Of a stretch of 64,000 bases of DNA, positions 43,064-53,158 are shown piece by piece; position 1 is the first letter of the stretch, and each line of letters starts with the position of its first letter. Location of the stretch: positions 2,880,001-2,944,000 of the forward strand of contig OY843592.1 of assembly GCA_963692865.2 (NCBI GenBank). Reading direction: 5' to 3'. The notes beneath the pieces were generated by a model. The model worked only from the letters and a program-made list of their open reading frames with translations. It searched no databases and had not been told where the DNA came from. The position numbers and the translations under genes were made by a program. Origin of the DNA: a bacterium. GTDB taxonomy: Bacteria > UBA8248.

Positions 43064-44314
43064 CTACAAACCACGAAGACGTTCCGCCTCCGCCACTCTT
43101 TCAATCGCAAGGACAAAGGCCGCCGTGCGCAAAGACACCCGCTTCTCCTTTGCGGATTCATACACTTCCGCTGTGGCGCGCGTCATGATTTTGCCCAGTT
43201 CGCCGTTCACCCGAACTTCATCCCAGCCGAATTGCTGGATGTTCTGAACCCACTCGAAATACGAGACCGTCACGCCGCCTGAACTCGCCAGCACGTCCGG
43301 GATCAGCATGACGCTCCCGCTCTCGACCAGAATGTTTTCGCCTTCTTCCGTCACGGGCGCATTGGCCGCTTCCAGAATGACTCCGGCTTTCACGTTCGCC
43401 GCGTTTCCGGCGTGAATGGCGCCGCCGAGAGCCGCCGGAACCAGGATGTCCACATCGAGCGCCAGCAATTCTTCATTGGTGATCTCCTCGGCTCCGTCAA
43501 GACCCTCGAGCGTTCCCGTCTCCTTTCGATGCGCCGCAGCCGCTTCGATATCGATGCCGTCGCCGTTAAAGCAGGCGCCCCGGCTGCCCGAGACCGCCAC
43601 CACCCTCACCCCCAGCTCCTTCAGGAATCTGGCGGCGAACGAGCCGACGTTCCCGAAGCCTTGTATCGCCGCCGTCATGGCTCCGGGCTGCCAGCCTTCT
43701 CTTTTGGCGATCTCCTCATACGCCATCACGGCGCCCCGCCCCGTGGCGGCCTCGCGGCCCGGAGAACCGCCCATGGTCAAAGGCTTTCCGGTGACGCACG
43801 CCGGCGCATACCCGTGCCGGCTGCTGTATTCATCGAAAATCCACGCCATCACCTGCGCGTTCGTATTCACGTCGGGGGCGGGAACATCGCGGTATGGCCC
43901 CAGAATATGGCCGATGCGCGCGATGAATTTTCTGGTCAGCCGCTCCAGTTCATACACGCTGAGTTCTTTCACGTTGACGGTGATGCCGCCTTTTCCACCG
44001 CCGAAGGGAATGTCCACCAAAGCCGTCTTCCAGGCCATCAGGGCCGAGAGTCCGCGCACCTCATCCATGTCCACTTCGTGGTGGTAGCGGATCCCGCCCT
44101 TGAAGGGGCCCCGCGAGCCGTTGAACTGGACGCGGTAGCCCTGCCAAACGCCCAGGGAGCCGTCGTCCCTTCGGATGGGTATCTCGACTTTCATCTCGCG
44201 AAAGGGAGTCTTGAGGAGGAGCCGCATGTCATCGTCCAAACCGATGAGTTCCGCCGCCCGGTCGAACTGCGCATGCGCGGTTTCGAATACGTTGACTCGT
44301 TCGTCTTGCGGCAC
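43064..44314 (-). CDS. gdhA: Glu/Leu/Phe/Val dehydrogenase (glutamate dehydrogenase-like)
   Basis: RGPFKGGIRY, GGGKGG, DVPAPDVNT, ATGRG, QGFGNVG, GGVTVSYFEWVQN. Confidence 0.92.
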   Translation of the reverse strand: MPQDERVNVFETAHAQFDRAAELIGLDDDMRLLLKTPFREMKVEIPIRRDDGSLGVWQGYRVQFNGSRGPFKGGIRYHHEVDMDEVRGLSALMAWKTALVDIPFGGGKGGITVNVKELSVYELERLTRKFIARIGHILGPYRDVPAPDVNTNAQVMAWIFDEYSSRHGYAPACVTGKPLTMGGSPGREAATGRGAVMAYEEIAKREGWQPGAMTAAIQGFGNVGSFAARFLKELGVRVVAVSGSRGACFNGDGIDIEAAAAHRKETGTLEGLDGAEEITNEELLALDVDILVPAALGGAIHAGNAANVKAGVILEAANAPVTEEGENILVESGSVMLIPDVLASSGGVTVSYFEWVQNIQQFGWDEVRVNGELGKIMTRATAEVYESAKEKRVSLRTAAFVLAIERVAEAERLRGL

Positions 44315-44394
44315 GATGTTCCCTCCCCTGGAGATTTCCTGAAAGGATAGAACGCGAATCAGGCGGCGGGAGAGTAAAACGCAGCCTTAAAGGC

Positions 44395-44625
44395 TCAGTG
44401 GCAAGAACACATGCCTCCGCAGCCGCCCCCGCCAGCGGAGTATCCGCTGAAGGTCGAGGCCGACGCCGCAGCGCCGGAAGCGGATTTGGCGAACAGGGAA
44501 AGCTTCTTGTGAACCTTCTTCGAGCCGCATTCAGGGCATTCCACCCGATCGGCGGCTTGCGCGGATGAAACGATGGTCTCGAAATCTTTCTCACAGCTTC
44601 CGCAAAGGAATTCATACATCGGCAT
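44395..44625 (-). CDS. FmdB-family zinc-ribbon protein
   Basis: MPMYEFLCGSC...CPECGS...KKLS plus a Cys-rich tail; this is the real 3' part of the 44395..45162 ORF. Confidence 0.85.
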   Translation of the reverse strand: MPMYEFLCGSCEKDFETIVSSAQAADRVECPECGSKKVHKKLSLFAKSASGAAASASTFSGYSAGGGGCGGMCSCH

Positions 44626-44648
44626 GACTTTTCTAGCCTCCCGGAGAG

Positions 44649-45299
44649 TCAGCGCATTTCGTTGGCCCGGCGCCAGTCCGCCAGAAATTTCTCCAGCCCG
44701 ATATCCGTCAACGGGTGCTTGAGCAACTGCGCGATCACCCCGAAGGGGACCGTCGCGACGTCCGCCCCCATTTTCGCCGCCTCGAGCAGGTGGATCGGCG
44801 TCCGGACGCTGGCCACGAGCACCTCGGTGGCGAAGTCGTAGTTCTCGAAAATCCGCACGATGTCGCTCACGATCTGCATGCCGGGGTTCGAGATGTCGTC
44901 CAGCCGGCCCACGAAGGGGCTCACGAACGAGGCCCCCGCCTTGGCGGCCAGCATGGCCTGGGCGGGGCTGAAGATGAGCGTGACGTTCGTGTTGATGTTC
45001 TCCTCGCGCATGGCCTTGACGGCGCGCAGACCCTCGACGCCCACCGGAACCTTCACCACGACGTTCTCGTGGATCGCGGCCAGGTCGCGGCCTTCCTCCA
45101 CCATCTCCTTCCACTCCGTGGCGATGACCTCGGCACTCACCGGCCCGTCGACCACCTCGCATATCTCCTTGATCCTCGTGTGGTGGTCGGCGCCCTCTTT
45201 CGCGATGAGCGAGGGATTCGTCGTCACGCCGTCCAGAATGCCCGTGGACGCCGCTTCGGTGATTTCCTCGATATTGGCCGTGTCGATGAATATCTTCAA
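44649..45299 (-). CDS. tal: Transaldolase / fructose-6-phosphate aldolase (small type)
   Basis: TTG start at 45299: [47 protein letters not shown]. Confidence 0.93.
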   Translation of the reverse strand: MKIFIDTANIEEITEAASTGILDGVTTNPSLIAKEGADHHTRIKEICEVVDGPVSAEVIATEWKEMVEEGRDLAAIHENVVVKVPVGVEGLRAVKAMREENINTNVTLIFSPAQAMLAAKAGASFVSPFVGRLDDISNPGMQIVSDIVRIFENYDFATEVLVASVRTPIHLLEAAKMGADVATVPFGVIAQLLKHPLTDIGLEKFLADWRRANEMR

Positions 45300-46029
45300 T
45301 GAATATCTCCCGCCGGACGTTTGGTTGCCCCAGCGGAGCCGCGCCCCGCTTACGGGCAGATTACGCCTCTGCGCCCAAATGTCAACACGGCGGGGGGTGC
45401 GGAACTTGCGGGACAGCGCGGGGAAATGCGCCGAGATGCGCGCAACGCGCCGGATTTGCGGGCAAATGCGGTGCGCGAAAAATTTTTCCGGGCCTTTATT
45501 TGAGCGCCCGGCGCTCATATTTTTGAAAAAACCATTATATTTCAACGCCTTAGAGTGAACCTTCCGGCGATTATTTTTCAGGAATTTATACAAAAACCCC
45601 CTGAATTTATCTGAATTTATCCTATTTTTCAGGAATTCCGCATCCGCTCCCGCGCGCTCGTTCCTGCCGCCCGCCGTCGCCCGCGCGTAGCCGCAGGCGC
45701 CCGGGAGGCGCGCGAAGCGCTCCCTCCCCGGATGCGCCGGGGTGGGTTTACCGCCAAAAATCTTCTGCGTCATCTTCTCATCCTCATGCGGGAGCCGCGC
45801 GGGTTTCGCCCGCTCCGACGCCTCGCCCCGGCAAGGGGCGATTGCGCCGCCACCATAGCAGACGCCCGCGGCGCGCAAGAACCGCAAATGCGGGGAAATG
45901 CGCTTTCGTCGTGAAGTGAAAATATCCGGGAATAAAGGGAGAAAAAACCGCCGAAAGCCGAAGATACGGCGGCGAATGGCGATAGGTTCCCGAAATGAAA
46001 ACCCGGTCGATGAACCGGCGGCGTCATGC

Positions 46030-46770
46030 GGGGGCGTCGAACTTCCCCGAGGAGGGGTTGCTGGAAAACCCCGTCTTCGACTCCCCCAAACCGCCGCCGC
46101 CTCTTCCCTCACCCGTCGATACGCGGCTTCGTCGCTACTCAGGACGAGGCGGAGAGGGAGAATTGAAAAAGTCCATAGAAGGAGCGCACCGAATTTCACT
46201 CCCCCCTTGAGGGGGAGTGATTCCAGCCCCTCATAGAGCGTGATTTTGCTCGTCATTCCGGCGCACGCCGGAATCCAGAACAGATGAGATTGATACCGCC
46301 TGCCGCCCCGCCTTGAGGTCACAAATTGTGACCTCAAGGCGCCTGATTCGGGTTTCGTAAGCTGAAACGTGAAATCCGCCGGGAAACGATCCATGTTCCT
46401 CTTGACGCTCTGCAGGAAGGCTTTGTCGGAATCACAACCCCTCCCACAATGGGGTTGTTGAAAAAGTCCTGATGAACGAGTGTTTTACGCGACGGGGAAG
46501 GAATGGTTTTTGTAGGTCAGACATATATGTCTGACATATCATGCGGCCCGCTTTGTGGAGCGAAAATCAGGGTCGCATGATATGCGACCCCTACGGGTAA
46601 AACGTAGTTGATCTGAGAGGGACAGGTTTTTCAACAACCCCGACAAAGGGGGGGTTGCATTTGCCCTGTCAGGCGGCTTTTTCAACAGCCCCCTCAAGGG
46701 GAGGAGTGATTTCAACCCTATAGGGCCTGGTTTTGTTCGTCATTCCGGCGCATGCCGGAATCCAGAACCA
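46030..46770. repeat. Composite repeat locus around an ORF6N remnant
   Basis: Left TIR at 46054; hairpin family at 46112-46149; C/G palindrome at 46197-46219; CGTC REPs at 46251-46278 and 46738-46765. TIR element 46451-46641 encloses a GTAG doublet (46512-46594). Right TIR at 46678-46692 is followed by CTCAA. Confidence 0.87.
46285..46430 (-). pseudogene. Fragment of an ORF6N-domain DNA-binding protein gene
   Basis: Translates [44 protein letters not shown], matching the ORF6N pattern (QAVKRN.RFP.DFMFQLT..E...[13 protein letters not shown]). Truncated at both ends by repeats. Confidence 0.75.
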
Positions 46771-47000
46771 GGGAGAGTGATTATCTTTGGGATTCTCATT
46801 CCCTTTGCTATTGAATAAGCGAATATCTAGCTTGCGAAGTTGTGTTAGAATCGCCGTGAACTGCTGAGTTGGTAAACGAATCGGTGTCGCCTGCGAGAGT
46901 TAAACCGTAGATGCTGGCGCATCCCAGCAGGCCATTTATCATGCCCCTCGCTTTCAGCAACATGGCTCACTTCACTATCTGATTTCTGATTAAACAAAAA

Positions 47001-47504
47001 CTAATGTGTCCTGAATTTATTATAAGGCGTTCTCAATACCACGGCGCAATATATTTCTAACAATGCCTGCCTGATTGGGTCTGGCTCTTCGACGTATCGG
47101 AAGTCCATTTTCTTGATGCGCACTTTCGCACCCTCAAACGCTTTTTTGAAAGCCAAATCTTCCATCAAAACCTTTCGACTATTAGAACCTGAATCATAGC
47201 TAGCTTCGGTTTGTCCTGTTGCTTCTCGCGCAAGAAGAAATGCAAAGGGCGCTGAGTTGTGGGGTGAACTCGGCCTATGGTGCTGCCCATAGCGGTTGCG
47301 GATGTTTATTGATCGCCCAACATAAAGGTGCTTTTTCCCTTCACTGAATAGATAAACGCCTGGTTTCGACATTCCATTCGGCAAGTTGCCATGATGAACG
47401 GGGGGCATCTTTTTGAGCTTCTGGAAGAGCGAATCAAGTTTGTCAACCATCGCTCTGAATCTGCGTTGCACGGCGCTTGAATCTCCTTGGTTTGGCGTTC
47501 GCAT
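47001..47504 (-). CDS. GIY-YIG superfamily nuclease (probable GTG start 47471)
   Basis: PGVYLFSEGKKHLYVGRS...R...H, later LLE and YN; visibly AT-richer than its neighbours. Confidence 0.75.
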   Translation of the reverse strand: MRTPNQGDSSAVQRRFRAMVDKLDSLFQKLKKMPPVHHGNLPNGMSKPGVYLFSEGKKHLYVGRSINIRNRYGQHHRPSSPHNSAPFAFLLAREATGQTEASYDSGSNSRKVLMEDLAFKKAFEGAKVRIKKMDFRYVEEPDPIRQALLEIYCAVVLRTPYNKFRTH

Positions 47505-47595
47505 TCCTTCACATCAACTGTCCCACTCCCGCTAATTTTGCTCAAGGCAGATACGAAGGAATAACCACCGAAAATGTCTTTACAAACGGGCTCCC

Positions 47596-48225
47596 CTACC
47601 CCGCCAACCCGTCGATGATGTTACGCCACTCATCCGGCGTGACCTCCACGATTCGCATCTCGCCCACCGAGACGCTGCATATCACGACGTCCACTTCGAG
47701 TTCCCGGAGCGTTGCGAGGCTTCTCGCCAGTTCCGCCTCGTCTCCCCCGTCGTCGGCGACGACGATGGTCTTCCACTCGCCATCATCGAGATAGATCACG
47801 TCCCCGGTGAAGAGATACGTCTTGCCGTGAGGGGAGTGGTAGCGGTAGCAGACGCTGTTGTCCGTGTGGCCCGGCGTGTGGATCACCTCCAAGTCGCCTG
47901 CGAGATATTCGCGTGGGGGGGAGTCGAAAAGCACATCGGCGGAAACCGTCTTGGGGAGATATGGTTCCACGAGCGTATGGCAGCAGAGCTTGAAGCCGAA
48001 ACGCCCGGCCACGTCTGCGAGTGAATCGTCCACCTCGTGGCAATGGCTCAGGCAGTGATAGGCGATTCCACCCCGATCACCGATCGCATCGAAATCCTCT
48101 TTGCTCTTCGGGTTGTAGAAGAGGACGTTTCCCCCCGGACGCTCCAGCAGATAAGCGTGCACCGTCAGGACGCCAAACTGCTTCTGCTCGGCCGTCTGCC
48201 ACAGGTCGGGATAGAGTCGCTTCAA
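47596..48225 (-). CDS. Metallo-beta-lactamase-fold hydrolase
   Basis: LSHCHE (variant HxHxD), HTPGHT, LFTGD; GGAGG RBS before TTG 48225. Confidence 0.85.
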   Translation of the reverse strand: MKRLYPDLWQTAEQKQFGVLTVHAYLLERPGGNVLFYNPKSKEDFDAIGDRGGIAYHCLSHCHEVDDSLADVAGRFGFKLCCHTLVEPYLPKTVSADVLFDSPPREYLAGDLEVIHTPGHTDNSVCYRYHSPHGKTYLFTGDVIYLDDGEWKTIVVADDGGDEAELARSLATLRELEVDVVICSVSVGEMRIVEVTPDEWRNIIDGLAG

Positions 48226-48303
48226 GCTCTTCGTCCTCCGATTGAGAAAACAAGTGTGTCGAAAACCCTGCGATGGAGAACGAAAGAACACCGTAGGAGT
48301 TGC

Positions 48304-49038
48304 CTACCCCCCCAACCTCCGATACGCCTCCGTGCCGCGCAAGTTGGAATCGGGCTTGACGCCCTCCAGGGGGGTGTGGCCTTCGGAATCTTTCGCGGCG
48401 GGGTCGGCGCCGGCGTCGAGGAGGGCTTCGACGACTTCGAGGACGACTTCGTCTTTCGCCGCCGCGTAGTGAAGAGGGGTCCGCACGCGGTTGTCGCGCA
48501 CGTCGGGGTTGGCGCCCGCCGCGAGCAGGGCCTTCACGACGGCGGGGGCCGTGCTGCGCATCCCCGCCCAGTGGAGCGGCGCCAGGCCTCTTCTGTCCGG
48601 CGTGTTCACGCGGGCGCCGCCGCGCGCCAGTATCCCCACGTTGGCGCCGATTTTTCCAAAGGCCGCCGACGCGTGAAGGGGCGTCCACCCGTATATGCCC
48701 TCCGCGTTCGGGTCGGCGCCCGCCGCCAGGAGCGCTTCGAGCACGGCGGGGTCCGCGCGGAACGCCGCCGCCGTGTGAAGCGGCGTCGCTCCCCTCCTGT
48801 CGCGCGCTTCCACGTCGGCGCCGGCCCGGAGCAGGACCCGCAAAACGTCCGGGTCCTGGACGTAGCGCACCGCCCGGTGGAGCGGCGTCGCCCCGTTCTT
48901 GTCGCGCCCGTCCACATCGGCCCCGGCCTCGATCAGGCTCCTCACGGCTTCCAGGGCGTCGCTGCCCATCACCGCGTGGTGCAGGGCGGTGGCGCCGTCT
49001 TCATCGCGCGCGTTCGGGCCGTTCGCTTCCGCAGACAT
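48304..49038 (-). CDS. Ankyrin-repeat protein (about six full repeats plus a partial one)
   Basis: ~34-aa repeats G.TPLH.A.......V...LL.AGAD; likely start ATG 49038. Confidence 0.95.
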   Translation of the reverse strand: MSAEANGPNARDEDGATALHHAVMGSDALEAVRSLIEAGADVDGRDKNGATPLHRAVRYVQDPDVLRVLLRAGADVEARDRRGATPLHTAAAFRADPAVLEALLAAGADPNAEGIYGWTPLHASAAFGKIGANVGILARGGARVNTPDRRGLAPLHWAGMRSTAPAVVKALLAAGANPDVRDNRVRTPLHYAAAKDEVVLEVVEALLDAGADPAAKDSEGHTPLEGVKPDSNLRGTEAYRRLGG

Positions 49039-49182
49039 CAAGATTCTCCCGCTTCGGCGCGCGCCCGTATGCCAGCCTCCGGCGCTCAAATCTTCACGAG
49101 GCGCCCGCCTGGGTACTTTTTTTATCGAACTACATTCAATCAATTATATCAACCATATACGACAAACCGAATCAAATGCGCC

Positions 49183-49455
49183 CTAATTCTCCTCGGCGGG
49201 CGGGCCGCCTCTTTCGGCGAACTTCTCCGCGCACGAGACGCTGCAGAACGAACGCCTGCCGCCGCCCGCGCGCTTCGTGATCGCGATGCGCGAGGGGAAG
49301 AACGTCTCGCACTCGGGGCAACTCAGCATCTCGTCGTCCAGGCTGTCTTGCGATCCGCTATTCTTCCGGGCCGCGCTCCCGATACCACTGATCAGGCTGC
49401 GCACAAGATAGAATATCAGCCACGATAAAATCAGATAAAAAAGGAATCGGAACAT
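49183..49455 (-). CDS. Small membrane-anchored zinc-ribbon protein (PP0621/TRASH-like)
   Basis: N-terminal hydrophobic helix; CPEC...FCSVSC. Confidence 0.7.
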   Translation of the reverse strand: MFRFLFYLILSWLIFYLVRSLISGIGSAARKNSGSQDSLDDEMLSCPECETFFPSRIAITKRAGGGRRSFCSVSCAEKFAERGGPPAEEN

Positions 49456-49531
49456 GCGTTCGGGCCTCAGGAAGTGCGGCGAGCGTCTCGAAAAACGCCA
49501 CTCTACACCCAGAACCGCCGGATGGGAATCC

Positions 49532-52500
49532 TCAGGCGCGCGCGAGGGCGGGCGCGTTCGCGTGGTAATCCTGCAGGGAGCGCACCGAATACTCGTTCTC
49601 GCGCAGGATGCGTATCGCGCGTATGGCCGCCTGGCCCGCGGCGAGCGTGGTGCAGTAGAAGATGTTCCTCAAGAGCGCCGTTCTGCGGATGGAGTAGCTG
49701 TCCCGTATCGACTGCTTGCCCGAGGTGGTGTTGAGCACGAACTGCACCTCCCCCGCCTCCATCTGCTCCACGACGTGTCCCGCCTCGCCGTCTATCACCT
49801 TGTGGACGAAGTCCGCCTCGACCCCGTTCGCCATGAGCGCCGCCCTCGTCCCCGCCGTGGCCACGAGCGAGAAGCCCAGTTCGACGAGCAGTTGCGCCAA
49901 GGGGATGATGGCCGCCTTGTCTTCGTCCCGCACGGAGACGAACGCCCGGCCCGAAAGCGGGAGGACGGAGCCGGCCCCCTCCTGGGCCTTCAAGTAGGCC
50001 GTCGGGAAATCCGCCCCCAGCCCCATCACCTCGCCGGTGGACTTCATCTCGGGCCCCAGGATCACGTCCACGCCGGGGAACTTCTTGAAGGGGAACACCG
50101 CCTCCTTGACGCCGAAATGGCGCGGCTCGGGGTCGCGCTCCATCCCGAGCGCGCGCAGCGTCTCCCCCGCCATCACGCGGGCGGCTATCTTGGCGAAGGG
50201 CGCGCCCACCACCTTGCTCACGTAGGGCACGGTGCGGCTCGCGCGCGGGTTCACCTCCAGGATGAAGACCTGGCGCTTGTGGACGGCGAACTGCACGTTG
50301 TTGAGTCCGACGACGTTCAGGGATTTCGCCAGAATCCGCGTCTGGCGCTTGATCTCCTCCACGATGTCGGGGCCGAGCGTGTAGGGGGGGATGGAGCAGG
50401 CCGAATCGCCGCTGTGGATCCCCGCCTCCTCGATGTGCTCCATCACGCCCGCGATGATGACGTCCTCCCCGTCCGAGACCGCGTCCACGTCCACCTCCAC
50501 GGCGTCTTCGAGGAACCTGTCGATGAGCACGGGCCGCTCAGCGGAGGCGCGCACGGCGTCCCGCATGTAGGCGGAGAGCTCCTCCGCGTCGTGGACGAGC
50601 GCCATGGCGCGGCCGCCGAGCACGTAGCTGGGCCGCATGAGCACGGGATAGCCGATGGCGTTCGCGATCGCGAGCGCGTCCCCGGTGTTCGTGGCCGTCC
50701 CCGAGGGCGGCTGGGTGAGGTGGAGTTCCTTGAGCAGGTGGCTGAATCGGTCGCGGTCCTCGGTCAGGTCGATGCTCTCCGGCGAGGTTCCCAGAATCGG
50801 CGCGCCTGCGTCTTTCAGCGCGAGGGCGAGCTTGAGCGGCGTCTGGCCGCCGAACTGCACGATGACGCCGCGCGGCTTTTCGCGGTGGACGATCTCGAGC
50901 ACGTCCTCGAGCGTCAGGGGCTCGAAGTAGAGCCTGTCGCTCGTGTCGTAATCCGTGCTCACCGTCTCGGGGTTGCAGTTCACCATGATGGCCTCGAAGC
51001 CCGCCTCGGCCAGCGCCATCACGGCGTGGACGCAGCAGTAGTCGAACTCGATGCCCTGCCCGATGCGGTTGGGGCCGCCGCCCAGGATGATGATCTTCTC
51101 GCGCGCGGTCGGCGGCGCCTCGTCTTCCTGCTCGTATGTGGAATAGAGATACGGCGTATGGGCCTCGAACTCCGCCGCGCAGGTGTCCACCTGCTTGTAG
51201 ACGGGACGCACATTCATGCGGCGCCGCGCCGCGCGAACGGTTGCCTCATCAGCGCCCTGCCTCCGGGCGATCTCCAGGTCGCTGAAGCCGTTTTGCTTCA
51301 GGAACCTGAGCGCGGCCTCATCCTCCAGAAGACCGGGCGCGCCGGCGTCTTCCTCCATATCGACGAGTTCGGCCAGATGCGCGAGGAACCAGGGGTCGAC
51401 GCCCGAGGCGCGGTATATCTCATCCTCGGACATCCCCTCCCTGAACGCGCGGGCGACCGTCCAGAGGCGGTCCGGGCCGGGTATTCTCAATCCTTTCAGG
51501 ATCAGCTCCTTCCGCTCATTTTCGGATAATCCTTCGAGCTCCTCGGGCCTGGGGTCCGCCAGGCCGTAGCGGTCGATTTCGAGCGAGCGGACGGCCTTCA
51601 TCAAGGATTCGCGGAAGGTTCTCCCGATGGACATCACCTCCCCCACCGAGCGCATCTGGGTGTCGAGGACGGGGGGCGTCTCGGGGAATTTCTCGAAGGT
51701 GAAGCGCGGTATCTTGGTGACGCAGTAGTCGATGGACGGCTCGAACGAGGCGGGCGTCTGCCGCGTGATGTCGTTGGGTATCTCGTCCAGCGTGAGGCCG
51801 ACGGCGAGCTTGGCCGCTATCTTGGCGATGGGAAAGCCGGTGGCCTTGCTCGCGAGGGCCGAGCTTCTCGACACGCGCGGGTTCATCTCGATCACGACCA
51901 TCCGGCCGTCGGTGGGACTAAGGCCGAACTGGATGTTCGAGCCGCCGCACTCGACCCCGACCTTGCGGATGCAGGCGATGGCCGCGTCGCGCATGGTCTG
52001 GTACTCGCGGTCCGAGAGCGTCTGCGCGGGGGCGACGGTGATGGAGTCGCCCGTGTGGACGCCCATGGGGTCGAAGTTCTCGATGGAGCAGATGATGGAG
52101 ACATTGTCCTTCAAGTCGCGCATCACTTCGAGTTCGAATTCCTTCCAGCCCAGGACGCTTTCTTCCAAAAGCACCTGATCCACCGGACTTTCCGAGAGCG
52201 CCCAGGCGAGTTTCTCCTCGAACTCGTCTTCGGTGAACGCCACGGCCCCGCCCGAGCCGCCCAGCGTGAAGGCGGGGCGCAGGATAATCGGGAAGCCGAT
52301 GCCGCGCGCCGCCGCCCAGCCTTGGGCCATCGTGGTGACGACCTCGCTCCGGGGGAGATCCAGACCAATCTCGCGCATCGCCCGCTTGAAGAGATCGCGA
52401 TCTTCCGCGCAGCGGATGGCGGGCAGCTTGGCGCCGATGAGCTCCACGTCCAGCGCGTCGAGCGCGCCGCTCTCCGCGAGAGCCACCGCCGTGTTCAGCC

Positions 52501-52783
52501 CCGTCTGGCCGCCCATGGTGGGCAGCAGGGCGTCCGGGCGCTCCTTCTTGATGATCTCCTCCACCACCTTCGGCGTGATGGGTTCGACGTAGGTGGCGTC
52601 GGCCATCTCGGGGTCGGTCATGATGGTGGCGGGGTTCGAGTTCACCAGCACCACCTCGTAGCCCTCCTCGCGCAGGGCCTTACACGCCTGCGCGCCCGAA
52701 TAGTCGAACTCGCACGCCTGCCCGATGACGATGGGGCCGGAGCCGATGATCAGTATCTTGGATATGTCCGTTCGTTTCGGCAT
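49532..52783 (-). CDS. carB: Carbamoyl-phosphate synthase large subunit
   Basis: [56 protein letters not shown]-terminal MGS domain. Confidence 0.99.
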   Translation of the reverse strand: MPKRTDISKILIIGSGPIVIGQACEFDYSGAQACKALREEGYEVVLVNSNPATIMTDPEMADATYVEPITPKVVEEIIKKERPDALLPTMGGQTGLNTAVALAESGALDALDVELIGAKLPAIRCAEDRDLFKRAMREIGLDLPRSEVVTTMAQGWAAARGIGFPIILRPAFTLGGSGGAVAFTEDEFEEKLAWALSESPVDQVLLEESVLGWKEFELEVMRDLKDNVSIICSIENFDPMGVHTGDSITVAPAQTLSDREYQTMRDAAIACIRKVGVECGGSNIQFGLSPTDGRMVVIEMNPRVSRSSALASKATGFPIAKIAAKLAVGLTLDEIPNDITRQTPASFEPSIDYCVTKIPRFTFEKFPETPPVLDTQMRSVGEVMSIGRTFRESLMKAVRSLEIDRYGLADPRPEELEGLSENERKELILKGLRIPGPDRLWTVARAFREGMSEDEIYRASGVDPWFLAHLAELVDMEEDAGAPGLLEDEAALRFLKQNGFSDLEIARRQGADEATVRAARRRMNVRPVYKQVDTCAAEFEAHTPYLYSTYEQEDEAPPTAREKIIILGGGPNRIGQGIEFDYCCVHAVMALAEAGFEAIMVNCNPETVSTDYDTSDRLYFEPLTLEDVLEIVHREKPRGVIVQFGGQTPLKLALALKDAGAPILGTSPESIDLTEDRDRFSHLLKELHLTQPPSGTATNTGDALAIANAIGYPVLMRPSYVLGGRAMALVHDAEELSAYMRDAVRASAERPVLIDRFLEDAVEVDVDAVSDGEDVIIAGVMEHIEEAGIHSGDSACSIPPYTLGPDIVEEIKRQTRILAKSLNVVGLNNVQFAVHKRQVFILEVNPRASRTVPYVSKVVGAPFAKIAARVMAGETLRALGMERDPEPRHFGVKEAVFPFKKFPGVDVILGPEMKSTGEVMGLGADFPTAYLKAQEGAGSVLPLSGRAFVSVRDEDKAAIIPLAQLLVELGFSLVATAGTRAALMANGVEADFVHKVIDGEAGHVVEQMEAGEVQFVLNTTSGKQSIRDSYSIRRTALLRNIFYCTTLAAGQAAIRAIRILRENEYSVRSLQDYHANAPALARA

Positions 52784-52910
52784 GAATCAGGCCACTCGCT
52801 CTAAGTAAGAAGGTAAATATAGGGAATTACATACTTGCGTTGACGATTTCTTCTCGCCGGTCAATTCATCATTCCCTCTCCAAAACCATCCCTCACGCCC
52901 GGGTTTCCTT

Positions 52911-53106
52911 ACTCCCCCCTTGTAGGGGTCGGGTATCCCGAGGGGAATGCCCGATGAAAAACCCTTGATTCAGCGGTTTGGTTCGACGGTTGTGAAGGTG
53001 TAGGTCGGACATATATGTCCGACATATATGCGACCCGGCCTTTTTTCGCCGCCCGTCATGGGCCGCATATATGTGTGGGACAACCCCGAGGAGGGGTTGT
53101 CACCTA
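52911..53106. repeat. Composite repeat locus between carA and carB
   Basis: ACTCCCCCCTTGTA plus a left TIR interrupted by hairpin 52929-52954; GTAG doublet 53000-53106 with an embedded GACAACCCC-GAGGA-GGGGTTGTC. Confidence 0.82.
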
Positions 53107-53158
53107 TAAAAACAACTCCATTCGCCCCATAAGAATCAACTCCGCGCATTTCCTTATC

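Noticed and set aside
46808-46963. 51-aa minus-strand ORF downstream of the GIY-YIG gene (possible partner or antitoxin)
   Set aside because: It has no clear RBS or motif and alternative frames look equally plausible, so it cannot be supported.
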